Of a stretch of DNA of 64,000 nt, positions 24,802 through 35,489 are shown piece after piece. The position numbers and the translations under genes are program-made. Each line of letters opens with the position of its first letter. Position 1 is the stretch's first letter. Location of the stretch: the IMG/VR virus record IMGVR_UViG_3300030098_004828, positions 124,001 to 188,000 of that record; one strand, 5' to 3'. Under the pieces are notes generated by a model. It saw only the letters and a program-made list of their open reading frames with translations. It ran no database searches and was not told the origin of the DNA.

Positions 24802-27576
24802 ATGAGGGTACTTAACGCCTTACAATTAAAAAAGGGAGCAAAAGCTGATAGTAAAGGATATCCTACTAGTTCCAGTTTAACTCAACCTATGCAATTTTTA
24901 CCAGCTAAAGATAAAGATAAGGATTGGGCTGCGTGGAATTTAGATTGGTTAGAATTGCAAGGAATACAGTATTTAAGGAAGACTGCTAGAAAAATGCTCA
25001 AAAATTATAAGCTAGCTAAAGGTATTATTGATAAAACTGATTATGTAGTTGAAGAAGATAATGATTATAAAGATTTAATGGATATTTTAACTAAAGAAGA
25101 TTCTTCTGCTTTAGAGCTTAAATTTTATCCTATCATTCCTAACGTTGTTAATGTACTATGTGGTGAATTCTCTAAAAGAAATGCAAAAGTTCAGTTTAGA
25201 GCAGTAGATGATTTATCATATAATGAAATGCTTGAAAAGAAAAGATCATTAGTTGAAGAAAATTTATTAGCAGATGCTCAAGCAAAAATGACCATGCAAA
25301 TGATTGAAATGGGTATGGATCCTGAGTCAGAAGAAGCTAAACAGCAAATATCAAAAGATAAGTTAAAAACACTTCCTGAAATAGAAAGTTTTTTTGCAAA
25401 AGATTATAGAAGTTTAGTAGAAGAATGGGCATCACATCAATTAGTAGTAGATCAAGAAAGATTTAAAATGCATGAGCTTGAAGAAAGAGCTTTTAGAGAT
25501 ATGCTTATTGTTGATAGAGAATTTTGGCATTTTAAAATGACTGAAGATGATTATGATGTTGAACTATGGAACCCAGTACTAACGTTCTATCAAAAATCTC
25601 CAGATACAAGATATATATCTGATTCAAATTATGTTGGTAAACTTGAGATGATGACTGTTGCAGATGTTATAGATGCATATGGATATTTAATGGATGAAAA
25701 ACAATTAAGATCTCTTCAAAATATATATCCTGCAAAATCTTCTATGTATCAAGTAGGTGGTCATCAAAATGATGGTTCTTATTATGATCCTACTAGATCT
25801 CATAAATGGAACACAGATATGCCTTCATTACAATATAGACAATTTGTTAGTAATTGGCAAAGAGGTCCTATGCAAGGTAATGATGTAGTTAATTGGATAC
25901 TAAATGAAGGAGAAGATGTATATAATTGGGGTGAAGGAGAAATGATGAGAGTTGCAACAGTATATTGGAAAACACAAAGAAAATTAGGACATTTAACAAG
26001 AGTTGATGAAACAGGTGATGTAACACAAAAAGTAGTTGATGAATCATTTAAATTAACTGAAAAACCTGTATATAATACAACTTTATTTAAACAAAAAACA
26101 AAAGATAATCTTGCTTTTGGAGAACATGTAGATTGGATATGGATTAATGAAGTATGGGGTGGTGTTAAAATTGGACCTAATTTACCAGCTACATGGAGAC
26201 AAGGATCAACAGAATTAAATCCTATATATCTTGGTATAAATAGAAAAGAACCAGGTAGATTAGAATTTCAATTTAAAGGAGATAATAATTTATATGGATG
26301 TAAATTACCTGTAGAAGGTAGAGTATTTTCAGATAGAAATACCAGATCAACATCTCTTGTTGATTTAATGAAATCATATCAAGTTGGTTATAATATGGTT
26401 AACAATCAAATTGCAGATATACTTGTAGATGAACTTGGAACTGTAATTATGTTTGATCAAAATTCATTACCGCGTCATTCAATGGGAGAAGATTGGGGTA
26501 AGAATAATATGGCAAAAGCATATGTAGCAATGAAGGATTTTGGTATGCTACCTTTAGATACTTCTATTACTAATACAGAAAATGCTACAAACTTTAATCA
26601 TTATCAAACTTTAAATTTAGAACAAACAAATAGATTAATGAGTAGAATTCAATTAGCAACTCATTTTAAACAACAAGCTTTTGAAACTATTGGTATTAAT
26701 ATGCAAAGAATGGGACAACCTATAGCACAACAAACAGCTACAGGTGTTACACAAGCTATGAATCAATCATATTCACAAACTGAAATGTATTTTGTACAAC
26801 ATTCAGATCATCTTATGCCTAGAGTACATCAAATGAGAACTGATCTTTCACAGTATTATCATAGTAAAAAACCAAGCGTTAGATTAAATTATATGTCAAG
26901 TGAAGCAGAAAAAGTTAATTTCACTATTAATGGAACTGATCTTTTAATGAGAGAATTTAATATTTTTTGTACAACTAGAACAAATCATAAAGCTATTTTA
27001 GATCAATTAAAACAATTAGCAATGAGTAATAATACAACAGGTGCTAGTATTTTTGATCTTGGTAATCTTATTAAAGCTGATTCAATTGCTGAAGTTTCTC
27101 ACATACTTAAAGAAGCTGAAACTAAACAAATGCAACAACAACAAGCTCAGCAAGAATCTCAACAAAAAATGCAAGAACAAAAACTTGCTGCTGAAAAACA
27201 AGAAAAAGATGCACAAAGAGCATTTGAAGTTGAAGAATCAGAGAAAGAAAGACAAAAAGATCTTATGGTTGCTGAAATACGTGCTTCAGGATATGGTGCA
27301 CAAACAGATGTTGATCAAAATCAACAAAGTGATTTTAGAGATCATATGAAAGATATGCAACAAAGAGAGCAATATCAAGATCAAATGGATTTTAAAAGAA
27401 CTCAAGCAGGTGTGAAGAATTCTATGGACCGTCAAAAAATGGATATGGAAAGGCAGAAGATGAATACACAGCGTGCAGTAGCAGAAAATAACTTAAAAAT
27501 TGCTAAAGAAAATAAAAATAGATTTGATGCTCCAAAGCAGAAAGAACCAAAAGCAGGAAAGAAAAAGAAGACTTAG
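24802..27576 (+). CDS. Portal protein
   Basis: 924 aa after TerL; YPIIPNVVNVLCGE, WINEVW motifs and long C-terminal coiled coil as in crAss-like portals. Confidence 0.88.
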   Translation: MRVLNALQLKKGAKADSKGYPTSSSLTQPMQFLPAKDKDKDWAAWNLDWLELQGIQYLRKTARKMLKNYKLAKGIIDKTDYVVEEDNDYKDLMDILTKEDSSALELKFYPIIPNVVNVLCGEFSKRNAKVQFRAVDDLSYNEMLEKKRSLVEENLLADAQAKMTMQMIEMGMDPESEEAKQQISKDKLKTLPEIESFFAKDYRSLVEEWASHQLVVDQERFKMHELEERAFRDMLIVDREFWHFKMTEDDYDVELWNPVLTFYQKSPDTRYISDSNYVGKLEMMTVADVIDAYGYLMDEKQLRSLQNIYPAKSSMYQVGGHQNDGSYYDPTRSHKWNTDMPSLQYRQFVSNWQRGPMQGNDVVNWILNEGEDVYNWGEGEMMRVATVYWKTQRKLGHLTRVDETGDVTQKVVDESFKLTEKPVYNTTLFKQKTKDNLAFGEHVDWIWINEVWGGVKIGPNLPATWRQGSTELNPIYLGINRKEPGRLEFQFKGDNNLYGCKLPVEGRVFSDRNTRSTSLVDLMKSYQVGYNMVNNQIADILVDELGTVIMFDQNSLPRHSMGEDWGKNNMAKAYVAMKDFGMLPLDTSITNTENATNFNHYQTLNLEQTNRLMSRIQLATHFKQQAFETIGINMQRMGQPIAQQTATGVTQAMNQSYSQTEMYFVQHSDHLMPRVHQMRTDLSQYYHSKKPSVRLNYMSSEAEKVNFTINGTDLLMREFNIFCTTRTNHKAILDQLKQLAMSNNTTGASIFDLGNLIKADSIAEVSHILKEAETKQMQQQQAQQESQQKMQEQKLAAEKQEKDAQRAFEVEESEKERQKDLMVAEIRASGYGAQTDVDQNQQSDFRDHMKDMQQREQYQDQMDFKRTQAGVKNSMDRQKMDMERQKMNTQRAVAENNLKIAKENKNRFDAPKQKEPKAGKKKKT

Positions 27577-27638
27577 CTATATACTATCAAAAATATTTTC
27601 ATTTGAAAAAATTTTTAAGGTTTAATGCTAAAACTTTC

Positions 27639-27654
27639 GTATATTATATATATA
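27639..27654 (+). promoter_or_regulatory. Putative late promoter motif (T-run)GTATATTAT
   Basis: Same motif recurs at about 15996, 33301, 34887, 38940, 43453, 44735 and 61930, all intergenic. Confidence 0.6.
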
Positions 27655-27676
27655 ACCATTAAAAACCAAAATAATT

Positions 27677-28969
27677 ATGGCTGATAAAGAAACCAAAACA
27701 GTTGAAGAAACAAAAGTTGAACAAGTAGATGTCAACCTTGATGAAATATTTAACGCAGCTCCTGGAGGTGAATCAGTAACATTACCTGAAGGAGAAAAAG
27801 AGAAACCAAATTTTTTTAGTAGAAAGAAAGTTGATACTTCCTTTTTAGATCCAGATGCAAAAAAAGAAGAGAAAGTAGAAGAAGAAAAAAAAGAAGAGGA
27901 TAATAAAGAAGAAAAAGAAGAAGTAAAAGAAGCTACTAAAGAAGAAAAACCTAAAGAAAAAGTTAATGTTGATGAAATCTTAGGTCTTAATGAAGAAAAA
28001 TCAACAGAAGAAGAAACAACTACCGTTAAAAAAGGTAGAAAGCCAATAGAAGGAATAGGAGATGTCTTTAGTAAATTAATTAAAGAAGATAAAATAGTTC
28101 CTTTTGATGATGATAAACCGCTTGATGAATATACTCCTAAAGATTGGGAGGAATTAATTCAAGCTAATTTAGAGGAGAAAGCAAATGAAGCTAGACGTGA
28201 GACTCCTCAAAAGTTCTTTGAAAGTTTGCCTGAAGAACTCCAAATTGCAGCTAGATATGTTGCAGATGGAGGAACTGATCTTAAAGGATTATTTGGTGCT
28301 CTAGCAACTGTAGAAGAGACTAGAGAACTTGATGTAAAGAATTCATCTGATCAAAGAAAAATTATAACTGAATACTTAACTGCCACTGGATATGGTAATG
28401 AACAAGAGATTCAGGAAGAAATAGAAGTTTGGGAAGATTTAGGAAAGCTTGAAAAACAAGCTAATAAGTTTAAACCAAAATTAGATAAGATGCAAGAAAA
28501 AGTTGTTGCAAGAAGATTAAAAGAACAAGAGATGAAAAAGAAACAACAACAACAAGCATCAGAAAATTATATGAAAAGTGTATATGAAACACTTAAAGAT
28601 GGTAAGATTGGAGAAACAAAAATAGATAGAAAGACGCAATCATTATTATATAATGGTTTAGTTAACCCAAGTTATCCATCTATAAACGGAAAAAATACTA
28701 ATTTGTTGGGACATCTTTTAGAGAAATACCAATTTGTAGAACCAAATTATGATATAATAACTGAAGCATTATGGTTACTTGCTGATCCAAAAGGATATAA
28801 ATCACAATTAGTAAAGCAGGGAGAAAATAAAGCAGTTGAACAAACAGTGAGAAAGCTTAAAACTGCACAAGCAAGTAAAACAACTTCAGCAAGCGGTGTA
28901 CAAAAAGAAGAAACAACAACGGCAAAAAGAAAATTGCCGAGACAAAGAAATATATTTAAAAGGTTTTAA
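27677..28969 (+). CDS. Putative scaffolding/capsid assembly protein
   Basis: Acidic disordered N-terminus, coiled coil, between portal and MCP. Confidence 0.65.
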   Translation: MADKETKTVEETKVEQVDVNLDEIFNAAPGGESVTLPEGEKEKPNFFSRKKVDTSFLDPDAKKEEKVEEEKKEEDNKEEKEEVKEATKEEKPKEKVNVDEILGLNEEKSTEEETTTVKKGRKPIEGIGDVFSKLIKEDKIVPFDDDKPLDEYTPKDWEELIQANLEEKANEARRETPQKFFESLPEELQIAARYVADGGTDLKGLFGALATVEETRELDVKNSSDQRKIITEYLTATGYGNEQEIQEEIEVWEDLGKLEKQANKFKPKLDKMQEKVVARRLKEQEMKKKQQQQASENYMKSVYETLKDGKIGETKIDRKTQSLLYNGLVNPSYPSINGKNTNLLGHLLEKYQFVEPNYDIITEALWLLADPKGYKSQLVKQGENKAVEQTVRKLKTAQASKTTSASGVQKEETTTAKRKLPRQRNIFKRF

Positions 28970-29014
28970 TATATAGTTTAATTAATGTTTAACAAATAAA
29001 AATGAATTTCAATT

Positions 29015-30637
29015 ATGGCAACTCCAGTTTTAAATAACGGGCTGTTTCTCAGGGATACAAACTATAATGCTAGTTCCCATGTTGATTCTTATCACTTAAC
29101 CCAAATGCTTGGTTCTTCGGAACCTATGGATATGGGGCCAATTGATATTTGGGCTATGGCTCAAAAGGTAGAAATGCCTCTATATCAATTAGCATCATTT
29201 GGTGGAAAGAATACAATCATGGTGGATAATGCACGTGGTGAGTATAAATGGCAAACAGCTGTCAATCAAGATTTGCCTTACATTATGGTGGACCACAATG
29301 GTGGTACAGCAGTAGGGTTAGATGGTACAACATTTGGACTTCTCTTCAATAAAAGAGAGTTTGGACATGGTGACATCATTACTTATGACAAATATAATGG
29401 TATAGAAATTTACATTACTGCGGATGAAATAGTTCCAATGGGTGGTGGATGGCTTTACCAATGTCAATTAGTAAATAATAATAGTGCAGCTTCTTTAGCA
29501 GCTTCTTACCAAACAATTGGTACTAAGTACTTTAGAAAAGGTTCTGCACGTGGTGAATATGGTGAAAGATTTTCAGATCTTACAACTCAAACAGGTTTCA
29601 GAGAATTCTACAACTTTGTAGGAGGAGCTGAAGCACACGTTCATTATTCTATTTCTTCTAGAGCAGACTTAATGCTTAAAGGAGGAATGAATGCTGACGG
29701 GTCTATTCCTGTTACTGAGATTTGGAGAACTTTTGATCCTAATGTTAATCCATCTGTAACTTCACTTGAAAGTATGGTAGAAATAATGGGAGCAGACTAT
29801 GTAAGACGAGCATTTGATAATGGCGAGCTTAGTAGAACGTTCTTAACTAATATGGAAGCAGCACATCTTTCTAAGATTGCTATGGACATAGAGACATACT
29901 TAATGTGGGGACACGGAGGTAGAGTTAAGCAAGATGGACCAGATGATATTAGATTATCTGTTGGTCTTTGGAAGCAATTAGATAACTCATTTAAGCGTGT
30001 ATATAATAAAGGAAACTTTAGCTTAGACATGTTCAAAAATGAATTATATAACTTCTACCAAGGTAAAGTTGAATTAAATGGCCCAGATCCTCAACGTACA
30101 CTAGTTATCCAAACGGGTATTGGTGGTATGAAGATGATCAATAAAGCTATTTCATCTGAAGTTAATGGTTTAGGTGGTCAATATATTATTAATGCGGAAA
30201 CAAAAGGAATTGTTAGTGGTAACAATCCAATGGATCTAGGATTTGGTTATGCATATACTTCATTTGTAATACCATTCTTAGCAAACTGTCAGTTCGTTCT
30301 GAATCCTGCATTTGATAATTTACATACTAATGATATTGAGAATCCATTAGTAGATGGACGTCCATTAAGTTCTTATTCATTTATAATCTTTGATGTAACT
30401 GATGAAGGTAATGACAACATTCACTTGTTGAAACTTTCATGGGATAATCAATTGAAATGGTTCTACCAAAATGGAACTATGGATTATATGGGAAGAACTC
30501 AAGGATTCCAATCTTCTGGAAACTTCAATGGCTATAGAGTTTATATGACTCAAACCATGCCGGCAATATGGGTGAAAGACCCTACCAAGGTATTGAAAAT
30601 AGTTATGAAGAATCCAATTACGGGTGGTTCATTCTAA
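29015..30637 (+). CDS. Major capsid protein
   Basis: 540 aa; position; EYKW, YLMWG, TGIGG, NPAFD and WVKDPTK motifs as in crAss-like MCPs; followed by a terminator. Confidence 0.88.
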   Translation: MATPVLNNGLFLRDTNYNASSHVDSYHLTQMLGSSEPMDMGPIDIWAMAQKVEMPLYQLASFGGKNTIMVDNARGEYKWQTAVNQDLPYIMVDHNGGTAVGLDGTTFGLLFNKREFGHGDIITYDKYNGIEIYITADEIVPMGGGWLYQCQLVNNNSAASLAASYQTIGTKYFRKGSARGEYGERFSDLTTQTGFREFYNFVGGAEAHVHYSISSRADLMLKGGMNADGSIPVTEIWRTFDPNVNPSVTSLESMVEIMGADYVRRAFDNGELSRTFLTNMEAAHLSKIAMDIETYLMWGHGGRVKQDGPDDIRLSVGLWKQLDNSFKRVYNKGNFSLDMFKNELYNFYQGKVELNGPDPQRTLVIQTGIGGMKMINKAISSEVNGLGGQYIINAETKGIVSGNNPMDLGFGYAYTSFVIPFLANCQFVLNPAFDNLHTNDIENPLVDGRPLSSYSFIIFDVTDEGNDNIHLLKLSWDNQLKWFYQNGTMDYMGRTQGFQSSGNFNGYRVYMTQTMPAIWVKDPTKVLKIVMKNPITGGSF

Positions 30638-30652
30638 TATCTAATTTTTTTG

Positions 30653-30679
30653 AAAGGGGGATCTTAGGATCCCTCTTTT
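30653..30679 (+). terminator. Intrinsic terminator after MCP
   Basis: AAAGGGGGATC-TTAG-GATCCCTCTTTT. Confidence 0.7.
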
Positions 30680-30720
30680 AAATTTTAATAAACTAATAAT
30701 AATTAAAAAAACCTTTTAAA

Positions 30721-31830
30721 ATGGCAAAGAAAAAAACTAAAAAAGAAGAATCTGTAGTAGAAAATACTTCAGTTATTGAAGAAAAATTTGTTGAAACATT
30801 AGAAAAACCTAGTGTACAACAAGTAGATAATACAACATTTAAAGATCTGAATCAACAAAAAGATCAGACTATTGCAATACGTCCTTATTTTAATCCTGAT
30901 ATAGAAAATATGGGATTAGAAAAATATAGAATGAATCTTTATGATGGTGTATATCATGAAGAGCAATTAACATGTTTAGAAATTAATGGTGTAAAGAGAT
31001 ATGTTACAGGATTAAATGAATTTGCTCCTGAAGTAAAAGTTCTTCCACCAGAATTAAGAAAAGAAAAAATAAAAGAAATAAGAAGAGTAGTAACTCAATT
31101 AGAAGCAGAGTTAGCTCAAAATATATTGGATCCAGAAGCTCCTGATTTTTGGAATAAAGTTAAATTACTTAAACCTGATAATGATGCATTATGGTCTAAG
31201 TTAACTATAAGAGCAGGTAATGAACCTCTTTATCTTGATCCAAAAGTAGATCCTTATGATCTAATAAAATTATATGCTATTGAAGCTGGTGGTTTTTCAA
31301 TAGTTGCTAGAAATTTAAATGAAGCTAAAACAGATGAAAAAATAAAGTTTTATTTAGATAAAGCTAGAGATACTGCAAGTACTAGAGCAAGTATTACTAA
31401 ATTAAGAAATAAAGCTTTAGGATCATTACAAAGCATGTATGATACTAATGCTACTAAATTATTTTATGTTACTAAGCTTATAGATAATATTAGTACACAA
31501 TATAAAAAGTCAACACCAAATGATATTATGTATTCTATGTTAGATGAATATATATATGGAACAGGTGGAGAAAGAAGTGCTAGAAAATGTGCAGAAAGAT
31601 TTTTAGAAATTGCTAGACATGATTTAGGAACACTTAAAGTTTTAACTGTAATGAAAGATGCTACAGAAATGAAACTTTTAAAAAGCCAAAGAGGAGAAAT
31701 TGTAGATGTTGCAACTGGTTTTAAATTAGGTAAAACTAAAGAAGCAGTTTATTCATCTTTAATTGATCCTTTAAATGAAGATATATTAAGGGATTTAATA
31801 GATAAAGTTGAAGAATATTGGAATAGATAA
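30721..31830 (+). CDS. Conserved crAss-like protein downstream of MCP
   Basis: Position, RYVTGL and FW motifs. Confidence 0.65.
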   Translation: MAKKKTKKEESVVENTSVIEEKFVETLEKPSVQQVDNTTFKDLNQQKDQTIAIRPYFNPDIENMGLEKYRMNLYDGVYHEEQLTCLEINGVKRYVTGLNEFAPEVKVLPPELRKEKIKEIRRVVTQLEAELAQNILDPEAPDFWNKVKLLKPDNDALWSKLTIRAGNEPLYLDPKVDPYDLIKLYAIEAGGFSIVARNLNEAKTDEKIKFYLDKARDTASTRASITKLRNKALGSLQSMYDTNATKLFYVTKLIDNISTQYKKSTPNDIMYSMLDEYIYGTGGERSARKCAERFLEIARHDLGTLKVLTVMKDATEMKLLKSQRGEIVDVATGFKLGKTKEAVYSSLIDPLNEDILRDLIDKVEEYWNR

Positions 31831-32135
31831 TGTGGTTTAAAGCTAAAATTAGTGCAACAGATATATATCTTGCTAGAGCAGATAAACATATACTTATTAA
31901 TACAATAGGTACAAATGTTGTAAATTTAGTTTTTGAAGTAGATCAGAAGTCACAGTTAGTTATAACGCTAACTGTGAATGCTGGTAAAGAAGAAGAAGTT
32001 TTACAATGTATTAATAATACTACAGCTAAAATGAATGTTATTAATGATCCTTTTATTATGTTAATGGATAAAGTTACAGGTTATAAAATCTGTCCTGATA
32101 TTACAGATATAGCAATAAGTAAAAGAGAAATATAA
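31830..32135 (+). CDS. Hypothetical protein
   Basis: ORF track; TAATG overlaps on both sides. Confidence 0.7.
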   Translation: MWFKAKISATDIYLARADKHILINTIGTNVVNLVFEVDQKSQLVITLTVNAGKEEEVLQCINNTTAKMNVINDPFIMLMDKVTGYKICPDITDIAISKREI

Positions 32136-33274
32136 TGAATAATAGTACTCTTCAATTAAAATTTAAACAAAGACTAAATAAAATTGCTAGTAATGATTAT
32201 GATAATATAGAGTGCTGGCAAATAGTTGAAACGTTTAATAAAGCTCAAATTTCTTGGTGTAGAAGACAATTACATGGAACTAATCAATATAGAGAAGGTG
32301 ATGAAGCTTCTAAAAGAAGAATAGATGATTTACAAATTCTTTTAACAACAATTGAATTAACAGGTACAGATATTCCTTATGACGAAAAATATGGATATTT
32401 TCAATCTGATAATTTTAATTTAATTTATAATCCTAGTCTTGGTGGTGATTATTTAGAATATAAAAGATTAGAAGTAAAAGCTGTTCAAGCTTTAGAATAT
32501 GTTCCAGAAATACCACCAGAGTATGAAACAATAGAATATGGATCTTATATGTATTGGGCTCGTTGTCCATCTGATAATATGAATAATCCTTGTTCCACTA
32601 ATCCGTGGAAACATTATTGTAATTATTGGGTTCAAACTAATGATCCAGAAGCATGGAATGAATCAACCCTGCAATTAGATCCTAGTGATCCTCTTTTTGG
32701 AGCTTTTATTTCAACTGAAGAAGATTTACCAACATACATGATTGAAGAATGTTTAGAAGAGGAAGGAAATCAAATTTTTAATAATGGTTATGGACCGTTC
32801 CTAGAAGAAGATTCAGAAGATGTTCTTATTCCAGGAACAGGAGTACCAGCTGTAGAAGCAGCAATGGCTCCTGGTGCTAGTAAAGAAAAGTGTTGTAAAG
32901 AACCTAGAACTATGACGGTATATCTATCTGAGGTAGCAAATACAGATATTATTTTAAGAGATCCTCTTAAAGATCCAGATTTTGAATGGGGAGAAACAAT
33001 TTGTACTTTTCAAGATAATGAAGTTAGAATATGGAGAAAAGATTTCTTCATATTAAGAGCAGATTTAATATATTATAGAAAACCTAGATTCATACAAATT
33101 GAAGGTTGTGTAGACCCTTATACAAGTCAACAAGCAACTGAAGATATTGAATGTGAATTTAAGGATGATATTGTAGAATTAATGATAGATGAAGCAATTA
33201 GTATACTTGCTGGAGATATTTCTGATCCTAATCAGTTTCAGAGAGGGGATTCTTTAAGTGAGAAAAACAATTAA
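32135..33274 (+). CDS. Head-tail adaptor / ring protein with internal insertion
   Basis: FNKAQ, RIDDLQIL, YYRKP, CEF...IDEAI motifs of crAss ring proteins. Confidence 0.7.
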   Translation: MNNSTLQLKFKQRLNKIASNDYDNIECWQIVETFNKAQISWCRRQLHGTNQYREGDEASKRRIDDLQILLTTIELTGTDIPYDEKYGYFQSDNFNLIYNPSLGGDYLEYKRLEVKAVQALEYVPEIPPEYETIEYGSYMYWARCPSDNMNNPCSTNPWKHYCNYWVQTNDPEAWNESTLQLDPSDPLFGAFISTEEDLPTYMIEECLEEEGNQIFNNGYGPFLEEDSEDVLIPGTGVPAVEAAMAPGASKEKCCKEPRTMTVYLSEVANTDIILRDPLKDPDFEWGETICTFQDNEVRIWRKDFFILRADLIYYRKPRFIQIEGCVDPYTSQQATEDIECEFKDDIVELMIDEAISILAGDISDPNQFQRGDSLSEKNN

Positions 33275-33383
33275 TATTCAGAGAGTTTAATTAATTTTTT
33301 GTATATTATATATATAGATAAAAACCAGACCCGGTAGATATGGGTTTATCTACTTTATTTATAAATTTTAAAAAAGAAAAATT

Positions 33384-34805
33384 ATGTCACATTTTAATCA
33401 TAGCTTTCATAAAAGCTTTTACATTGACCGGTTGGTTAATAATGCTGCTAAGAAAACAAAAGACTTAGCAATTGATGCTAACGGTACACAGTTAGCTGGA
33501 GGATTATATAAATCCACAGATTATACTAATATTAATAACGTAGCTGCACTTCAAGCATATGCTGCTGCAACACCAGCAGGTGCTAAGAAAAAATTTATTA
33601 TAGCTTCTGAATCACCACGTTCTAGTACTTTAAGTTCTACAACTAGTGCTACAGGATGGCAAAATCATGGTGGATATGATGAGTCTATTAAGTCTAAAGA
33701 TATTCAAATGAATTTTATTAATGCTTTAGGAAGAGCAGATGCTGCTGTAGGTGTAGGTCAAACTTATGAGTTTCAAGCTTTTGGTGGTGCTTCTTCTACA
33801 AGCTGTTGGCCATGCGGTTCTGATCCAATGGTACGAATTGATCTTAAAGGATCTGATGCACTAAGAATGTTAGGGCACAATGCTTATAGACAATTTGATA
33901 TTGGTGGAGTATGTAACTGTTGTGGAGATGATGGAGATTATATTGATCCAGTTAAAGCAATGGCAATGATAGCTAAAAATATTGCTGATGATCCAATTTT
34001 AGGTCCATTGTTAGATACATCTGCTACAGGTGCTGTTGCAACTACATACTTTGCAACTACAGTTGATGGTGGTACTACTTGGGTTGAAGTTGCGGTTGCT
34101 GATCTTGATGCAGTTGCTTGTGCAGCTACATGGGATGCAAACCGTGGTGCAGTTATTAGAATTAAGCCTGGTGTTGTTGATACTGAATTTGGTAATTGTT
34201 CATGGGATACTAGAGATTTCAAAAACTATGAGCCTTTATTAGCAAATGTTGAAGTTCTTGATGAATCAGGAAATTCGTGTGATCTTTGTTTAGCTACTCA
34301 TAATCCATTAGGTGCTGCATCATATAATAATGGTGCTCCTAGTACATTAGGACAGTTCTTTTATAATGCAACAAGTACTGCTGGTGCTCAGTTTAATGCT
34401 GTTGTTCCTGTTCATGATTTAGGAGGAGGTGATGGAGTATTTAAAGATCTTATATTGTCAGATGCTTATATGCAAATGCCGTATAACCAAGGTCTTAGAG
34501 ATTCTGCAAGATTCCGAGAAATTGAACAATCAGATAGGTTATTAAGTAATATAACAGCTGCTAATAGAAGCTATTGGTATACGTTATACTATTTAACACA
34601 TAGTGTGCCTAGATACAATAATCCTACAGGTGTATTTGATAATGATCAATATACTTATACGGTTGCTGTACCTAAGTGGACTGCTCTTGGTGCAACAATT
34701 GCTGCTGGAGATCTTGTAATTAATGGTACTGGTACTTCAGATTTCAACTCATTATGGGATGAAATAGCAACATTAAGTGGTGCAACAATGGTTACTCCAT
34801 CTTAA
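33384..34805 (+). CDS. Probable abundant structural protein (auxiliary capsid-like)
   Basis: Own promoter motif and terminator; Ala/Thr-rich; YYLTH...NPTGVFDND. Confidence 0.6.
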   Translation: MSHFNHSFHKSFYIDRLVNNAAKKTKDLAIDANGTQLAGGLYKSTDYTNINNVAALQAYAAATPAGAKKKFIIASESPRSSTLSSTTSATGWQNHGGYDESIKSKDIQMNFINALGRADAAVGVGQTYEFQAFGGASSTSCWPCGSDPMVRIDLKGSDALRMLGHNAYRQFDIGGVCNCCGDDGDYIDPVKAMAMIAKNIADDPILGPLLDTSATGAVATTYFATTVDGGTTWVEVAVADLDAVACAATWDANRGAVIRIKPGVVDTEFGNCSWDTRDFKNYEPLLANVEVLDESGNSCDLCLATHNPLGAASYNNGAPSTLGQFFYNATSTAGAQFNAVVPVHDLGGGDGVFKDLILSDAYMQMPYNQGLRDSARFREIEQSDRLLSNITAANRSYWYTLYYLTHSVPRYNNPTGVFDNDQYTYTVAVPKWTALGATIAAGDLVINGTGTSDFNSLWDEIATLSGATMVTPS

Positions 34806-34830
34806 TAGCTAATACTATTATATAACTTTA

Positions 34831-34862
34831 AAAAGGGGTAGAGTGAATTCTATCCCTTTTTT
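34831..34862 (+). terminator. Intrinsic terminator
   Basis: AAAAGGGGTAGA-GTGAAT-TCTATCCCTTTTTT. Confidence 0.7.
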
Positions 34863-34923
34863 ATTTCTATTTACCTCATATTTTTTGTATATTATTTATA
34901 AGTAGTGTACTAATATAATTCTT

Positions 34924-35478
34924 ATGGCTAAAAAACATATCTTAAGTTTAGAAATACCAACTGTTGCAAATTGTGAAATATTTACTATTTGGGATACTAG
35001 TGAGTATACTTCAGAAATACCTATAGATTGTCCTACATTAAGTATAGTTCCTCCAGGATTTCAAAATCCTATTTCTATTGAACAGAATGAAAATTTCCAT
35101 AGAGATTTTTCTACTTGTGCTTTTGGTTTGCAAACAATGGATTGTTCAAATACAAGAAATACTTTTCCTGATGGAATATATATCATAAGATGGAGTGTTG
35201 CTCCACATGATAAAGTATATGTAGAATATAATCATATGAGAATTACAACAATACTTTCTGCATATTATGCAAAACTTTGTGAGTTAGAAGTTAAACCTTG
35301 TGAGCCAAGTTCTGATATGTTAGATGTAATGTCAGAAATGAAGTATATAAGAACATTAATTGATGCAGCAAAATCAAAAGTTGAATATTGTCATGAACCA
35401 AATGCAGGCATGCAATTATATGATTATGCAAAGAAAAGATTAGAAAAGATAACTTGTGAAGTTGTCTGTTGTAAATAA
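34924..35478 (+). CDS. Cys-containing virion protein (tail hub-like)
   Basis: FPDGIYIIRWSV Ig-like segment plus helical C-terminus. Confidence 0.55.
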   Translation: MAKKHILSLEIPTVANCEIFTIWDTSEYTSEIPIDCPTLSIVPPGFQNPISIEQNENFHRDFSTCAFGLQTMDCSNTRNTFPDGIYIIRWSVAPHDKVYVEYNHMRITTILSAYYAKLCELEVKPCEPSSDMLDVMSEMKYIRTLIDAAKSKVEYCHEPNAGMQLYDYAKKRLEKITCEVVCCK

Positions 35479-35489
35479 AATAAAAACAG

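Noticed and set aside
22508-30637. Inteins or introns in terminase, portal or capsid genes
   Set aside because: Continuous ORFs of ordinary size with no intein splice motifs or embedded homing endonuclease seen
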